DNA of 56,408 nt, filler included, from Squatina squatina (GCA_031763465.1; 3 parts of 3 records of this genome joined end to end with filler, not necessarily neighbours in it); one strand, 5' to 3'; positions 23,660 through 36,600 are shown, numbered from the whole stretch's first letter. The notes: generated from the letters alone by a model not told the origin. Numbers and translations: made by a program.

Positions 23660-25105
23660 GTCTGGTTCTGTCCAACAGGTACGATGTACTTGCTCCCTGT
23701 GGGAATGAGGAGAAAGGCTGCGGAAGGATGGTCACAATGTTGACCAAGGCACCACGGAGCAGGAGACCGTCCAAGGGGGAGGAGCAGGACAGAAAGATTG
23801 GAGTTATAGGGAGTCAGTTAAACGTTGGGTTTGGGGAAGTTACTCGAATCTGTCAGTAGGGACAGAGTGATTGGACACTTGAACTAATAGGAAGTGCTCA
23901 GGGAGAGGCCTGGCCTTGTTAAAGGTAAGTCAGGTCTGGCTAATCTGGTTGATTATGTTGAGGGGTCACTAATGTGGTAGAGTGTCTATGGACGTTATTT
24001 ATATGGACTTCCAGCAGAAATTCAACACGGTTCCACACAAGAGACTTCACAAAAATGGGAGTGCCTGGAACTGGAGCTGGTCTTTTGACTTGAGCTGGAA
24101 ATTGGTTGGGGTGTCGGAGACAGAGAGTGGGGATAAAGGGCACGTCTCTGATTGGTGCGATGTGACTAGTGGTGTCACCAGGGATCTGTTCTGGGGCCGA
24201 AACTTTTCACCACATTTATTCCTGACTTGGATGAAGGAGTGAAGAGTTGTATCTCTCAGTTTGCAAATGATACTCAGTTAGGGGGACAGTAAATTGTGTG
24301 GATCTGAGCAGGAAGTTGCAAAGGGACTTTGTTAGGTTAAGTGTGGGCTGAACTGCGGCAGATGGAGTTCAACGTGTGAAACGCTGGACCTAAGAAAGAT
24401 CGATCAGAGTATTTTCTAAAGGTGAGAGGCTCAGAACTGAGGATGAGCAGAGAGATTTAGGGATCCAAGTACAGAAATCACTAAAGACTAGTGGACAGGT
24501 ATAAAAAATAATTACCGTCTCATGGAATGTTGGCCTTTATCTCGGCCTCCTTCTGCTCAGTAAATTTCGAGGATTCTTTCTATCTCGAGGGCTGGAATAC
24601 AGAGGGATGGGGAAGTTCTGTTCCAGTTCTATAAAGCTCTGGTTAGGCCCCATCTGAAGCACTGCGTTCAGTTCTGGGCACAGAGAGGGTGCAGCGCAGA
24701 TTCACCAGAATGATACTGGGGCTTCGAGGGTTAAATTATCAGGACAGGTTGTATAAACATGGATTGTATTCTGTGGAGTTTCAAAGATTGAAGGGTGAAC
24801 TGATCGAGGTGTTTAAAATGTTGAAAGATTTGATGGGACAGATACAGGGAAACTGCTCCCTCTGGTGGAGGAATTAAGAACACGGAGAAATAATCTTAAA
24901 ACAAGAGACCATTGAGGAGGGAAATCAGGGAACACTTCACAGGAAGGGTAGTAGAAATCTGGAACCTTCTCCCCAAAAGGCTGTGGATATTGAGAAACAA
25001 TTGGAGCTTTCAAAACTGAAATAGCATGTTGTTAGGTAAGAGGGAAATATCGAGCGATGGAGTTAAGGTACAGATCAGCCATGGTTGGTGGAACAGGCTT
25101 GAATC
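23660..25105 (+). mobile_element. Degenerate, internally deleted CR1-like LINE (ORF1 remnant, RT, 3' end)
   Basis: LSNRYDVLAPC-type ORF1 remnant, then MDVIYMDFQQKFNTVPHKRL, VTSGV and [14 protein letters not shown]. Confidence 0.85.
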
Positions 25106-25374
25106 CCGCCCTCCAGTCTCATGACGATAAAGTTCACTCCCCCCATGGTCTCTCCCTCTCTGCTCTTCAGCCTCATATGTCCCTGTCACTCAGTCTCCTC
25201 ACACCCCCCATTGTCTCTCTGTCTCCTTTCCACTCTCCAGTCCTATGTCCCTCAGACCAGCCTCTCCACCCCACCTACCCAAGATGCCTCTCTCTTTCCA
25301 CTCTCCAGCCCATATCCCTGTTCCTCAGTCTCCCCTCCCCCACACCATTGTCTCTCAGCCACTCCTGGTACAAA

Positions 25375-25702
25375 CCTGACACTGAGACTCTCTCACACCC
25401 CATTACTCACTGACCGAGGGTTAATGCCCAGTACCCAGCCTGGCACTGAGACTCTCTCACACCCCATTACTCACTGACCGAGGGTTAATGCCCAGTACCC
25501 AGCCTGGCACTGAGACTCTCNNNNNNNNNNNNNNNNNNNNNNNNNNNNNNNNNNNNNNNNNNNNNNNNNNNNNNNNNNNNNNNNNNNNNNNNNNNNNNNN
25601 NNNNNNNNNNNNNNNNNNNNTCACACCCCATTACTCACTGACCGAGGGTTAATGCCCAGTACCCAGCCTGGCTCTGAGACTCTCTCACACCCTATTATTC
25701 AC
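25375..25702. repeat. 64-bp tandem repeat spanning a gap
   Basis: actgagactctctcacaccccattactcactgaccgagggttaatgcccagtacccagcctggc at 25381, 25445 and 25509; continues after the gap. Confidence 0.92.
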
Positions 25703-26087
25703 CTGCAGAGACCCCTCCACACAGAAGCGACAGCACTATCAGTCTGATAGGCTGGGAGGAGCAATTTATGGGCACACTTTTTCCAAGGGACCATCTATGC
25801 GCTTTACCCAGTGCTGATTGTATTAAACTCAGACTCCTCCGTACTGATTGGTTCGACATTATGCTTTTGTCCAATTACAATAAAAACAGCCTGTGAGTCA
25901 GCAGGCTCCGGGTAGAAGAGTCCCGGAGAGTTTGTGTTGGTGTCAAAATAAACTTTCCAAATATTGTGAACCATCCAATCAGAGAAATACTGCGAGCGGC
26001 ATCATCAGTCGCCAGGGAGGATGAACTGAACAAGGTTTGATAATTAAACCAGAAACTGAAAGCAGTTTGATACAGATCATGACAGAG

Positions 26088-27318
26088 GGAAGAACATTAG
26101 GAACAGGAGGAGGCCATTCAGCCCCTTGGGCCTGCTCCACCTTCAATCAGATCACGGCTGATCTGTGCATCAACTCCATTTACCCGCCTTTGCTCCATAT
26201 CCTATAATAATCTCACCCAACAAAAATCATCGCTCTCAATCTTAAAAGCACCAATTCTCCCAAGCAGCTCCGTTGGTACTACCCTCACCTCTGAGTCAGA
26301 AGGAAGTGGGTTCATGTCCCACTCCAAAGACTTCAGCACAAATATCTAGGCTGACAGTCCAGTCCAGTACTGAGGAAGTGCTGCACTGTCAGAGGTGCCG
26401 TCTTTTGGATGAGATGTAAAACCGAGGCCCCATCTGCTCTCTCAAGTGGGCATAAAAAGTCCCATGGCACTATTTCGAAGAGCAGGGCAGTTATCCTCAG
26501 TGTCCTGGCCAATATGCATGTTTCAATCAACATCATTCAAAAAGAGATTATCTGGTCATTGCTGTTTGTGGGAGCTTGCTGTGTGCAAATTGGCTGCTGC
26601 GTTTCCTACATTACAAAGGTGATTACTCTTCAAAAATACTTCACTGGCTGCAAAGTGCTTTGGGACATCTGGTGGTTGTGAAAGGCGCTATAGAAATGTA
26701 AGTCTTTCTTTCAACATCCACAGCCTTTTGGGGAGAGAGTTCCAGATTTCTACGGCCCTTTGTGTGAAAATGTGTTTCCTGATTTCACTCCTAAATGGCC
26801 TTGCTCTAATTTTAAGATGATGTCCCCTCTTTCTTGATTCTCTCACCAGAGGAAATAGTTTCCCTGTTTCTCCCCTATTGAAACCTGTTCACATTATAAA
26901 CATCTCGATTAGATCACCCCTCAATCTTCTATAGTCCAGGGAATACAAGCCATGTTTATACAACCTCCCTTTAAAGCCCCAGCATCATTCTGGTCAGTCT
27001 ACACTGCACCCGCTCCAAGGCCAGTCGATCCTCCCTGAGGTGTGGGGCCCAGAACTGAAAGCACTGCTCCAGACGGGGTCTGACCAAGGCTCTGTACAAC
27101 TGAAGCATAATTCTGTCCCCTTTGTATTCCAGCCCCTCGAGATAAAGGCCAACATTCCATGAGACCGACTGGGGAAATGGACAGACACATGGCAGATAAA
27201 AGTTAACGCAGAGCAGTGTGAAGTGATACATTTTGGAAGGTAGAATGAGGAGAAGCAATTTAACCCAAATGGTCCAATTTAAAGGGTGCAGGAACAGAGA
27301 GACCTGGGGGTTTATGTA
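26088..27318 (-). mobile_element. CR1-like LINE 3' part, split by a SINE
   Basis: RT peptides MLAFISRG and LYRALVRPRLEQCFQFWAP; 3' UTR at about 26088-26260. Confidence 0.85.
26263..26712 (+). mobile_element. tRNA-derived Deu-domain SINE (SacSINE1/AmnSINE1-like)
   Basis: tRNA-like head, Deu core gaggtgccgtcttttggatgagatgtaaaaccgaggcccc, tail aaaggcgctatagaaatgtaagtctttctttc. Confidence 0.8.
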
Positions 27319-27319
27319 C

Positions 27320-28375
27320 ACATAGAAACATAGAAAATAGGAGTAGGAGTCGGACATTTGGCCATTCGAGCCTGCTCCACCATTCAATATAATCATGGCT
27401 GATCCTCTAACACAACGCCATATTCCCACTTTCTCCCCATATTCCTTGATACCGTTCATATCTAGAAATCTATCTCCTTCTTGAATATATTCAATGACTT
27501 GGCTGCCACAGCCTTCTGTGGTAGAGAAATCCACAGGTTCACCATCCTCTGACTGAACAAATTTCTCCTAATCTCAGTCTTAAATGGCCTATCCCGTATC
27601 CTGACACTGTGACCCCTGGTTCTGGACTCCCCAACCAGGGGAAACATCCTCCCTGCATCTAATCTGTCGAGTCCTGTCAGAATTTTATACATTTCAATGA
27701 GAACCCCCTCTCATTCTTCTAAACTCCAGTGAATATAGGCTTAGTCGACCCAAACTCTCATCATACGACAATCCTGCCATCCCAGGAATCTGGTGAACCT
27801 TTGCTGCACTCCCTCCATGGCAAGTCTATCCTTTCTTAGGTAAGGAGACCAAAACTGTGCACAATACTCCGGGTGTGGTCTCACCAAAGCCCTGTATAAC
27901 TGCAGTAAGACATCCTTACTCCTGTACTCAAATCCTCTTGCAATGAAGGCCAACATACCATTTGCCTTCCTAACTGCTTGCTGCACCTGCNNNNNNNNNN
28001 NNNNNNNNNNNNNNNNNNNNNNNNNNNNNNNNNNNNNNNNNNNNNNNNNNNNNNNNNNNNNNNNNNNNNNNNNNNNNNNNNNNNNNNNNNTTCAATTCCT
28101 CATACTTAATCGACTCTTGTTTCTCCAGTATTTCTCGAAGGTTTTTTCTGTCTTCTTCTGTGAAGAAATTTCCAAAGTATTCGTTCTTTTGGTCTGCCAT
28201 TTCCTTATTCGCTGTTGTAAATCTCCCTCTCTTTGTGTGCAAGGGGACAACATTTGTCATCGCCAATCTTTCTATTTTGCAAATCTGTAAAAAATTTCAC
28301 AGTCCGTTTTTATGTTTCTCACTAGTTTACTCTCGTATTATATTTACCATTTCTTTATTAATTTCTTCTCCCTCC
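27320..28375 (-). mobile_element. CR1-like LINE pieces (3' end 27320-27990; ORF2 linker 28091-28375)
   Basis: QQAVRKANGMLAFIARGFEYRSKDVLLQLYRALVRPHPEYCAQFWSP and NKEMADQKNEYFGNFFTEED; terminal (TTTCTATG)n repeats. Confidence 0.9.
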
Positions 28376-28685
28376 TAGACCATAGATCTCAGACCTCAGA
28401 TAAGTTGGATCAGGACTGTTTTTTCTCAGACAAAAGTAAATATAAAGAACCCAGAAAAATCTGACAAGCTGCCGCTGGAATGGGAAGAGATGCCTGTGGC
28501 GTGTAAACACTGGCACCGAATAATTAGACAGCAAGTCCTATTTCTCTGCTGTATTTATATGCAATTCTCTGGAATGTAATGGAAGGCCTCATGTTTTAGA
28601 TCACCAGAATCAAGCATCCCCGTAACCCACTCTGATGTCAGGAAAACAAATGCAGCTTCTACAACCTACCCCGAAAAAGATGTAC

Positions 28686-30500
28686 AACATAGAAACATAG
28701 ATAGAAACATAGAAAATGGAAGCAGAAGTGGGCCATTCGGCCCTTCGAGCATGCTCCACCAGGCAAGATGATCACGGCTGACCCTCCATTGCATCATCTT
28801 ATTCCAGCTTTCTCGCCAGACATGTAGTGATGTATTTAGTGTCTAAAAATCTCACTTTCTCCATCTTGGATGGATCAGTGGCCCGGCGTCTGCAGTCTTC
28901 CGTGGTAGAGAATTCCACAGGTTCGCTACCCTCTGTGTGAACAATGTTTTCCTCATCTCAGTCCTAAAGGCCTGACCCCGTAACCTGCGACTGTGTTCCC
29001 TGTTTCTAGACTCTGCAACCAGGGGAAACATCCTCCCTGCATCTAGTTGGTCGAGACCTGTCACAATTTTACATGCTTCAATCAAACCCCCTCGAATTCT
29101 TCTAAACTCTAGTGAATGCAGGCCCAGTTGTCCCAATCTCTCCTCATACGACAGTCCTGCCATCCCATTTATCAATCTGGTGAAACTTCGCTGCACTCCC
29201 TCCATGGAAAGTATATCCTTTCTCAAGTTGGGAGAGCAAAGCTGCACACATGACTCCAGGTGTGGTCTCATCAAGGCCCAATATAACTGCAGGAAGACAT
29301 CCTTACGTCTGTACTCAAATGCTCTTGCGATGAAGGAAGACTTAATATCTGCATCCCTAACTGCTTGCTGCACTTGACTGTTTGCTTTCATTGACTGGTG
29401 TACAAGAGCACCCAGGTCCCTTTGCGCAGCAACATTTTCCAAATCATCACAAATTAAATAATGCGCTGTTTTTCGGTTTTTTGCAGTGAAGTGGATAGCT
29501 TCACATTTATCCATCTTATACTGCATCTGCCATGTGTTTTCCCAACTCACTCTACTTGTCTGAATGGCCTTGAAGCCTCTGTGCATCTTCCTCACACTCA
29601 CATTCCCGCCCAGTTTTGTGTCATCAGCAAACTTGGAAAGGTTGCATTTGGGTCATCCTAATCATTTATAATAATATTGTCAATAACCAGGGCTCAAGCA
29701 CTGATCCCTGCCATACCCCACTAGTTACCGCCTGCCACGCCGAAAAAAAACATTTATTCCCACTCTCTGTTTCCTGTCTGTTGAGCAGTTCATATTCTAT
29801 GCCAGGATATTTTCCCCAATCCTGGGTGCTTTAATTTTGCATTCAAACCTCTTATGTGGGACTTTATCAAAAGCCTTCTGAAAATCCAACTGCAGCAAAT
29901 CCACTGATTCTCCTTATTTATTCTTCCAGCTGCATCCTCAAAAAATTCCAGTAGGTTTGTCAAACATGATTTCCTTTTCATAAATCCATGTTGGCCTCGT
30001 CTAACCCCGCTGAAACTTTCCAATTGTCCCGATATTAAATCCTATATAATAGACTCTAGCATTTTCACCTTGACTGATGTGAGGCTAATCGGTCTGTAAT
30101 TCCCTGCTTTCTCTCTCAATCCATTTTTAAATAGTGCGACCACATTTGCCAACCTCCAATAAGGAGGAACTGTCCTGGAATATATAGATTCTTGGAAGAT
30201 GAAAAACAATGATTCCACAATTTCCATGGCCACCTATTTTAGTATTCTGGGATGTAAATTCCAGGCCCTGGAGATTTATCAGCATTCAGTCCCATTAATA
30301 TCTCAAGCAGTTATTTTTTTTTTACGATTGCTAATTTCCTTCAATTGCTCCTTCTCAGTAGTCCCTTGCATTCCTAGTATTTCCCTGAGAAGAACCAAAG
30401 TATTTATTTAATTATTCTGCCATCTCCTTGTCCCCCAGGATAAATTCTCCTGTTGCTGTTTGCAGGGGATCTAAATATGCCTTCATTAGTCTTTTAATTT
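28686..30500 (-). mobile_element. CR1-like LINE, longest copy in the window (RT domain to 3' end, frameshifted)
   Basis: GNYRPISLTSV, QHGFMKRKSCLTNLLEFFE, 249-aa ORF 28852-29601, terminal octamer repeats. Confidence 0.92.
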
Positions 30501-32469
30501 TTAATTAGTTGTACAGGGAAACCTCGCCTGTACATTCTTCAAGGTCGTGACACACTTCCTAAATTATAGTGCCCAGAATTGCACTCAATAATCGAGCTTT
30601 GCCCTCGCCAGCGATTTGCCAATGTTTGGTGTGACTTCCTTATTATTGTACTAAATGCACCTGTTTACACAGTTAATATCTCTTTAACTTTCTTAACTGC
30701 CTTTTATGATAAGTTATAGCAGGTACAGGGGCAGAACCAAATATCACCCATTATTGATAGCTTCAGAGATGTTAGGTGGAATATTTCATATCATCTTGTG
30801 TTTGAAAATAAATATAATTACAGTTTATTAATAATTAAATATATGGAGGATCAATACGCTATTACATCTAAAAAGTTTTTTTGATCAAAGATTTATTGAC
30901 GTATTTGATTGAAAGTGCATTTAAAGGATTGTATTTAAACACATTCTGTGTTCACATACAATGCACTTGCTCTCAGTGGTTAAGTTTCTCTTTGTACCAG
31001 CGGAATCGCTGCTGGGTTGAAACCACAGGTTTCCGCTGTCACCTTTAGCCTGAAAATGTTTAGTTCTTCACTTATATCTGTTCATTTTTTGTTCCTCCTT
31101 CACTGCAGATGACACCCGCATCGTTATATATCTGACAATAGTAACATGTTTGCAAAAGGACCGGTGTCCGGTAAATTAAAACAAAATTCTTTTCCAATTA
31201 TTTAGAGTTTATATCCTCCTTCATTTCTCATTTATTGTTATTAAACGCTATTTTTTTAATTTCATGTTGATTAGACCCATATTGTGCTCTTTGTGTCAGG
31301 CAGATATCTGCCTCGAAAAGTACCGTTTTCCAGAGATCTCTTCAGTTCTATATATGTTGCCGCTACTTCTGTACTCACTATGTGAGAGCTGACACAGCAC
31401 TGAGATATATCGATTTTCACAGTGGGAGGAGACCGATAATGCGCAATTCTGCATTAACCTCTTAATCTCAAAACACAATCCATTCAGTAAAGGAGCTGCT
31501 AGACTGACATTGTAATTCTGTTTGGTGGTGTAGCCACAGGTGGAGATCTGCAAACAGACTTACTGATCGCAGCCACACTTCATAAAGCTGCAGTCATTTG
31601 ACTTTTAGTGACGTTTTCACTCAGTCACAAAATGGATCTTTTAATTTTTCACGTTTTTTGCTGTCATTTGTTCCAAGGGCACATTTTTGTAATTGCTGTA
31701 GATTATTGAAGTTATCAACTATTGACAGACCATTAGAATTTATTCAGTTCTGGTAGTTGAATCCATAAGAAAGGGACATGAAGTTTAAAATTGTGCTGCA
31801 TAATTTGGGTGTAACCAGGAAGGCAATTCTCACACAAAGTGCAATTCTGGAAATCTCTGTATGTAGTGTATACTTACATTATGTAGACAAGTTCCAGAGT
31901 GGGAGCTGAACCGAAAGTGGCAGGATTGTCAATAACTCAGTCACACTGAGAATTGTCTATAAACACTACATGCAAGTCGGTCTGAATATTCATCCTTTAA
32001 TGCGGTTGGAGTTCGAATAACTGTTTCTCATTTTCTCTTTTTAGTGATATTTGGGACTCAGGGTAACATCACTCAAGGTTAGTGCCTAGAGTTTCCATAA
32101 AATAATGATACTCAGCAAATAATGTTAAAGCTGCTAAGTAATTTATGTTGTGTTTAAGTAAATTAAGTGGAAAGCTTGATCCAATTATGATGTGTCATTT
32201 GATAAATTCAAAATAGTTTCTACGAGATATGTCCATGTTGTCTGTCAGTTCGGTCAGAAAGTGAAGCAAAACTTACTAAATGAAGGGGGGACTGACTTGA
32301 TTCAATTTAAGTAAAATAACTGGTGATGGAGAAACTGATGAGATGAACGATAGCCAAAAGGAGGGAGTGGGGGAACAGCCAGACACTGTGACCACTATTG
32401 GAAACACAACGAAGCTAGAAAGAGGGCTAAGGCCCTTCAGGGAGATTTTAGGGAGTTAGGAAAGAGGTA

Positions 32470-32973
32470 AACATAGAACCATAGAAAATCGGTGCAGGAG
32501 AAGGCCATTCGGCCCTTCGAGCCTGCACTGCCATTCAAAACGATCATGGCTGATCTTTCAACTTAGTACCCCGTACATGCTTTCTCTCCCTACCCCCTGA
32601 TCCCTTTAGCCGTAAGGGCCACATCTATTTCCCGTTTGAATGTAGGCAATGAACTGGCCTCAACAGCTTCCTGTGGTAGAGCGTTCCACAGGTTGACCAC
32701 TCTCTGGGTGAAAACGTTTTTCCTCACCTCTGTCCCAAATGGCTTCCTTCTTATCCTCAAACTGTGTACCCTGGTTCTGGACTTCCCCAACATCGGGAAC
32801 ATTCTTCCCGAATTCAGCCTCTCCAATCCATTAAGAATGTTGTAAGTTTCTATAAGATCCTCTCTCATTCTTCTAAATTCCAGTGAATATAAGCCCAGTC
32901 GATCTAATCTTTCTTCATAAGTCAGACCTGCCATCCCGGGAATCAATCTTGTAAACCTTCGCTGCACTCCCTC
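32470..32973 (-). mobile_element. CR1-like LINE 3' end
   Basis: EGVQRRFTRLIPGMAGLTYEERLDRLGLYSLEFRRMR. Confidence 0.9.
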
Positions 32974-33479
32974 NNNNNNNNNNNNNNNNNNNNNNNNNNN
33001 NNNNNNNNNNNNNNNNNNNNNNNNNNNNNNNNNNNNNNNNNNNNNNNNNNNNNNNNNNNNNNNNNNNNNNNNNGTACATTCGTAAAAAATCTTTCCAATT
33101 GGAGGCCTGTGCCCGGGGAAAGGCTCTAACCAGAACTCTTGCCCCACTATATCAAAAATCTTACATAAAGCTGAGCAACTACCAGAGCACCACCTATCTT
33201 CAGGTTGCTATGGTCATGACCCGTGCTTCAGTAGAGCAGTTTATTCAAATGGTTTAATGTGAAACCTGTACATAACACTTACTTTAATACTATTTCTATC
33301 ATGCTGCTCACTCTTAAACTTATCTATTTATTACCCTTACCTCTGATTCAAGTCTTCCAGCTCTGTTATAATGCATTCTGCCCATATGTCAGCCCGGCAC
33401 GGAAACCCTCAACCATACTTGATGACTTCAAATGCTCTCTTTGCCAAACTCCCACCCTCAATACTGTATCCTACCCCAT

Positions 33480-33890
33480 AGCAGGTCTTGTTCACCCAGA
33501 GCCCATCCTCGGTGACCTACAATAACTTCGGGTCAGCAAGCACCTCAAATTTAAAACTCTCATCCTTGTCTAAATCCCTCCATGGTCTCATCCATCCTCA
33601 GCTCTGTAGCCTCCTCCAGCCCTTCAAGCGCATTCTACTCCCCCCACCCCCCCGGCCCAACTTTCTGTTCCTCCGATACCAGCCACTTCTGCATCCCCAT
33701 CGCCTGCCATTGACTTCAGTCAGCTAGACCCCAGTCTCTAGAATTCCCTCCCTGAACCCTAACAGCATCCTCTTTGCCTGCAAGACCCTCATTATAACCC
33801 ACCTCTTTGATCAAACTGTTTGTCACTAATCTCTCCTTTGGCTCATCATTCCTGACATTTCTTAAAAGCACGATACAATTTTGTTGTTGT
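33480..33890 (+). mobile_element. Degenerate L2-like LINE 3' fragment
   Basis: caaatttaaaactctcatccttgtctaaatccctccatgg...tctagaattccctccctgaacc; related to the insert at 22482-22720. Confidence 0.65.
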
Positions 33891-33914
33891 AACTAAGTAA
33901 GTAGCATGATTATT

Positions 33915-34670
33915 TAGAAATATAGAAACATAGAAAATAGGTGCAGGAGTAGGCCATTCGGCCCTACGAGCCTGCACCGCCATTCAATATGATCATGGCT
34001 GATCATGCAACTCAGTACCCCGTACCTGCTTTCTCTCCATNNNNNNNNNNNNNNNNNNNNNNNNNNNNNNNNNNNNNNNNNNNNNNNNNNNNNNNNNNNN
34101 NNNNNNNNNNNNNNNNNNNNNNNNNNNNNNNNNNNNNNNNGATAATATTATGTGCCGGTGGCAGGGCTATTACTCCACCAGCGCCCAAGACCCAATTCTG
34201 TAAATTTTATTTTGCGGCCTTATGCTGCTAATCAGCACAATCCGGCCGTGTGATGAGACCAATCGTGCGCCCAAAGTCTTGTATTTCTATAGTATAAGAA
34301 CATAAGAAATAGGAGCAGGAGTAGGCCATTCGGCCCTTCAATAAGACCATGGATGATCTTCTATCTCAACCCCACTTCCCGCCTGTTCCTCATATCCCTT
34401 GATTCCATTAATATTCAAAAATCTATCGATCTCTGTCTCATACTCAATGACTGAGCCTCCACAGCCCTCTGTGGTACAGAATTCCAAAGATTAACCTCCC
34501 TTTGAATGAAGAAATTTCTCCTCATCTCAGTCCTAAATGGCTGACCCCTTATTCTGAGATTGTGACCCCTGGTTTCAGATCTCCCAGCCAGGGGCAATAT
34601 TCTCCCTGCATCTACCCTGTCAAGCCCTGTCAGAATTTTATGTTTCAATGAGATCACCTATCGTTCTTCT
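33915..34670 (-). mobile_element. Two CR1-like 3' ends (33915-34040, 34295-34670)
   Basis: Terminal repeats and the peptide KILTGLDRVDAGRILPLAGRSETRGHNLRIRG. Confidence 0.85.
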
Positions 34671-34770
34671 NNNNNNNNNNNNNNNNNNNNNNNNNNNNNN
34701 NNNNNNNNNNNNNNNNNNNNNNNNNNNNNNNNNNNNNNNNNNNNNNNNNNNNNNNNNNNNNNNNNNNNNN

Positions 34771-35450
34771 AACTTTCAGGGGACTCTCCATTCTTGCATG
34801 GAAAATAGATGGAGAATTATGAAAGCCTTGGGGCAAGCACATCCAAGTGTAACATTGGCCTTCAAAATTCAACACAAACTTGTTTTGATCTTCACTGGCT
34901 ACCAGAATACTCCAGAAACCATTAGCGATGTCTAGGGTATAGTAGAACCTTACCTGAGAAGGAAGATTAGCCAAAAGTATAGGAACTTCACAGACAATCA
35001 GGGTTTGTTTAGTTGTGGCTTTATTTAAGGCTCGATAGTCGATGGTTAGTCGCCATGAGCCGTCTGGCCAAGTTGGAGAATTGGTCGTAAAGGCTCCTGT
35101 GCACAAGCCACTTTGCTCGCAAAGGGACTCCAGAACCTCTCAGAGATAGGGAAGGCTCTCACTGGGAATAGGATGTTGTTTCAGGGACCTATTGGCTGGA
35201 CAATTTGATACTTTCTTCTCCTGTCATTCATCCACAATTGTGTTTGGATGTGGTGAAAGCGGAGGAATGCTGTCATATCAGGGTGGTGACTTGTGAGTCA
35301 GGGTGAATTGGAAGCTGGTACTGGCTAGCTTTCTTAACCGCAAACACCAAGTGTGCATCTAATACCTCGATCCATTCACGACCTCCCATGCCAAACCAAA
35401 TATTGCTCTGTGGATAATCTATAATCAGTCCTGAACATTTTAACGCATCA
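34771..35450 (-). pseudogene. Endogenous retrovirus-like pro-pol fragment (protease C-terminus and RT N-half)
   Basis: DALKCSGLIID...SKHNCG... then NSPTWPDGSWRLTIDYRALNK...YYTLDIANGFWSI...FEGQCYTWMCLPQGFHNSPSIFH. LPQGF.NSP is retroviral-type rather than the Gypsy MPFGL motif. Stops and frameshifts present. Confidence 0.85.
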
Positions 35451-35659
35451 TAAGAACTTAAGAACATAAGAAATTGGAGCAGGAGTAGGCCATTCGGCCC
35501 CTCAAGCCTGCTCNNNNNNNNNNNNNNNNNNNNNNNNNNNNNNNNNNNNNNNNNNNNNNNNNNNNNNNNNNNNNNNNNNNNNNNNNNNNNNNNNNNNNNN
35601 NNNNNNNNNNNNNCCCTGGCTAACAGGCTAAGCCCTGAGACAACCAACCCAACACACTG

Positions 35660-36060
35660 AACATAAGAAATAGGAACAGGACAAGGCCATTCGACCCTTC
35701 AAGTCTTCTCTGCTATTCAATAAGCTCACGGCTGATCTTCCAGCTCAACTCCACCTTCCCGCACTATCCCCATATCCATTGGTTCTCTAAGCATTCAAAA
35801 ATCTATCAATATCTTTCTTGAATATAATCAATGATTCAGCATAGACAGCTCTCCCGGATAGAGAATTCCAAAGATTCACAACCCTCTGAGTGAAGAAATT
35901 TCTCATCTCAGTCCTAAATGGCCAACCCCTTATTCCGAGACTGTGACACCTGGTTCTACACTCCTCAGCCAGGGTACTAGCCTCTCAGGATCTAACCTGA
36001 TCTAACCTGGAGATCACCTCTCCATTCTTCTAAACTCCAATGAATAGGCCAAGTCTACTC
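35660..36060 (-). mobile_element. CR1-like LINE 3' end (a further short tail lies at 35451-35513)
   Basis: 3' UTR and RT C-terminal remnant. Confidence 0.8.
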
Positions 36061-36257
36061 AAAATGGTCTACTTCTAATTCAGGTGTTCAACTGTTTGAG
36101 CTGCCAAACCAAATCCAACAGTTTATCAAACCACAGGAAGCAGTAAACCTTCAAAACAGAGATGGCCACGTCACAAGTTTCAGATTACATAAACGTTGTA
36201 TTCTTTAAAAAGTATCATCTTACTAAACACATGACAAATCTATTTTGAGAACAAGGG

Positions 36258-36600
36258 CTGTTGAAATTAAAAAGCAGGACCTCAAAGGTAGTAGTCTCAG
36301 GATTACTTCCAGGGCCACGTCTTAGTGAGTATAGGAACAGGAGAGTAGACCAGATGAATGCGTGGCTGGAGAGATGGTACAGGAGGGAGGGATTTAGATT
36401 CCTGGGACATCGGGACCGTTTCTCGGGAAGATGGGACCTGTACAAGCGGGACAGGTTACACTCAGGCAGGACCGGGACTGATGTCCTCACAGGGGCGTTT
36501 GCTAGTGCTGTTGGGGAGGATTTAAATTAGAATGGCAGGGGGGATGGGAACCTAAGCAGGGGGATAAGGGAGAGAGAAAGAAGGACAGAAATGCTAGAAT
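36258..36600 (+). mobile_element. CR1 ORF1 SGNH-esterase C-terminal fragment
   Basis: LKSRTSKVVVSGLLP..RNRRVDQMNAWLERWYRREGFRFLGH.DRF.GRWDLYKRDRLH..RTGTDVL. Confidence 0.85.

Noticed and set aside
23217-25702. Regularly spaced repeats resembling a CRISPR array
   Set aside because: They are head-to-tail tandem units without unique spacers, in a eukaryotic context with no cas genes.
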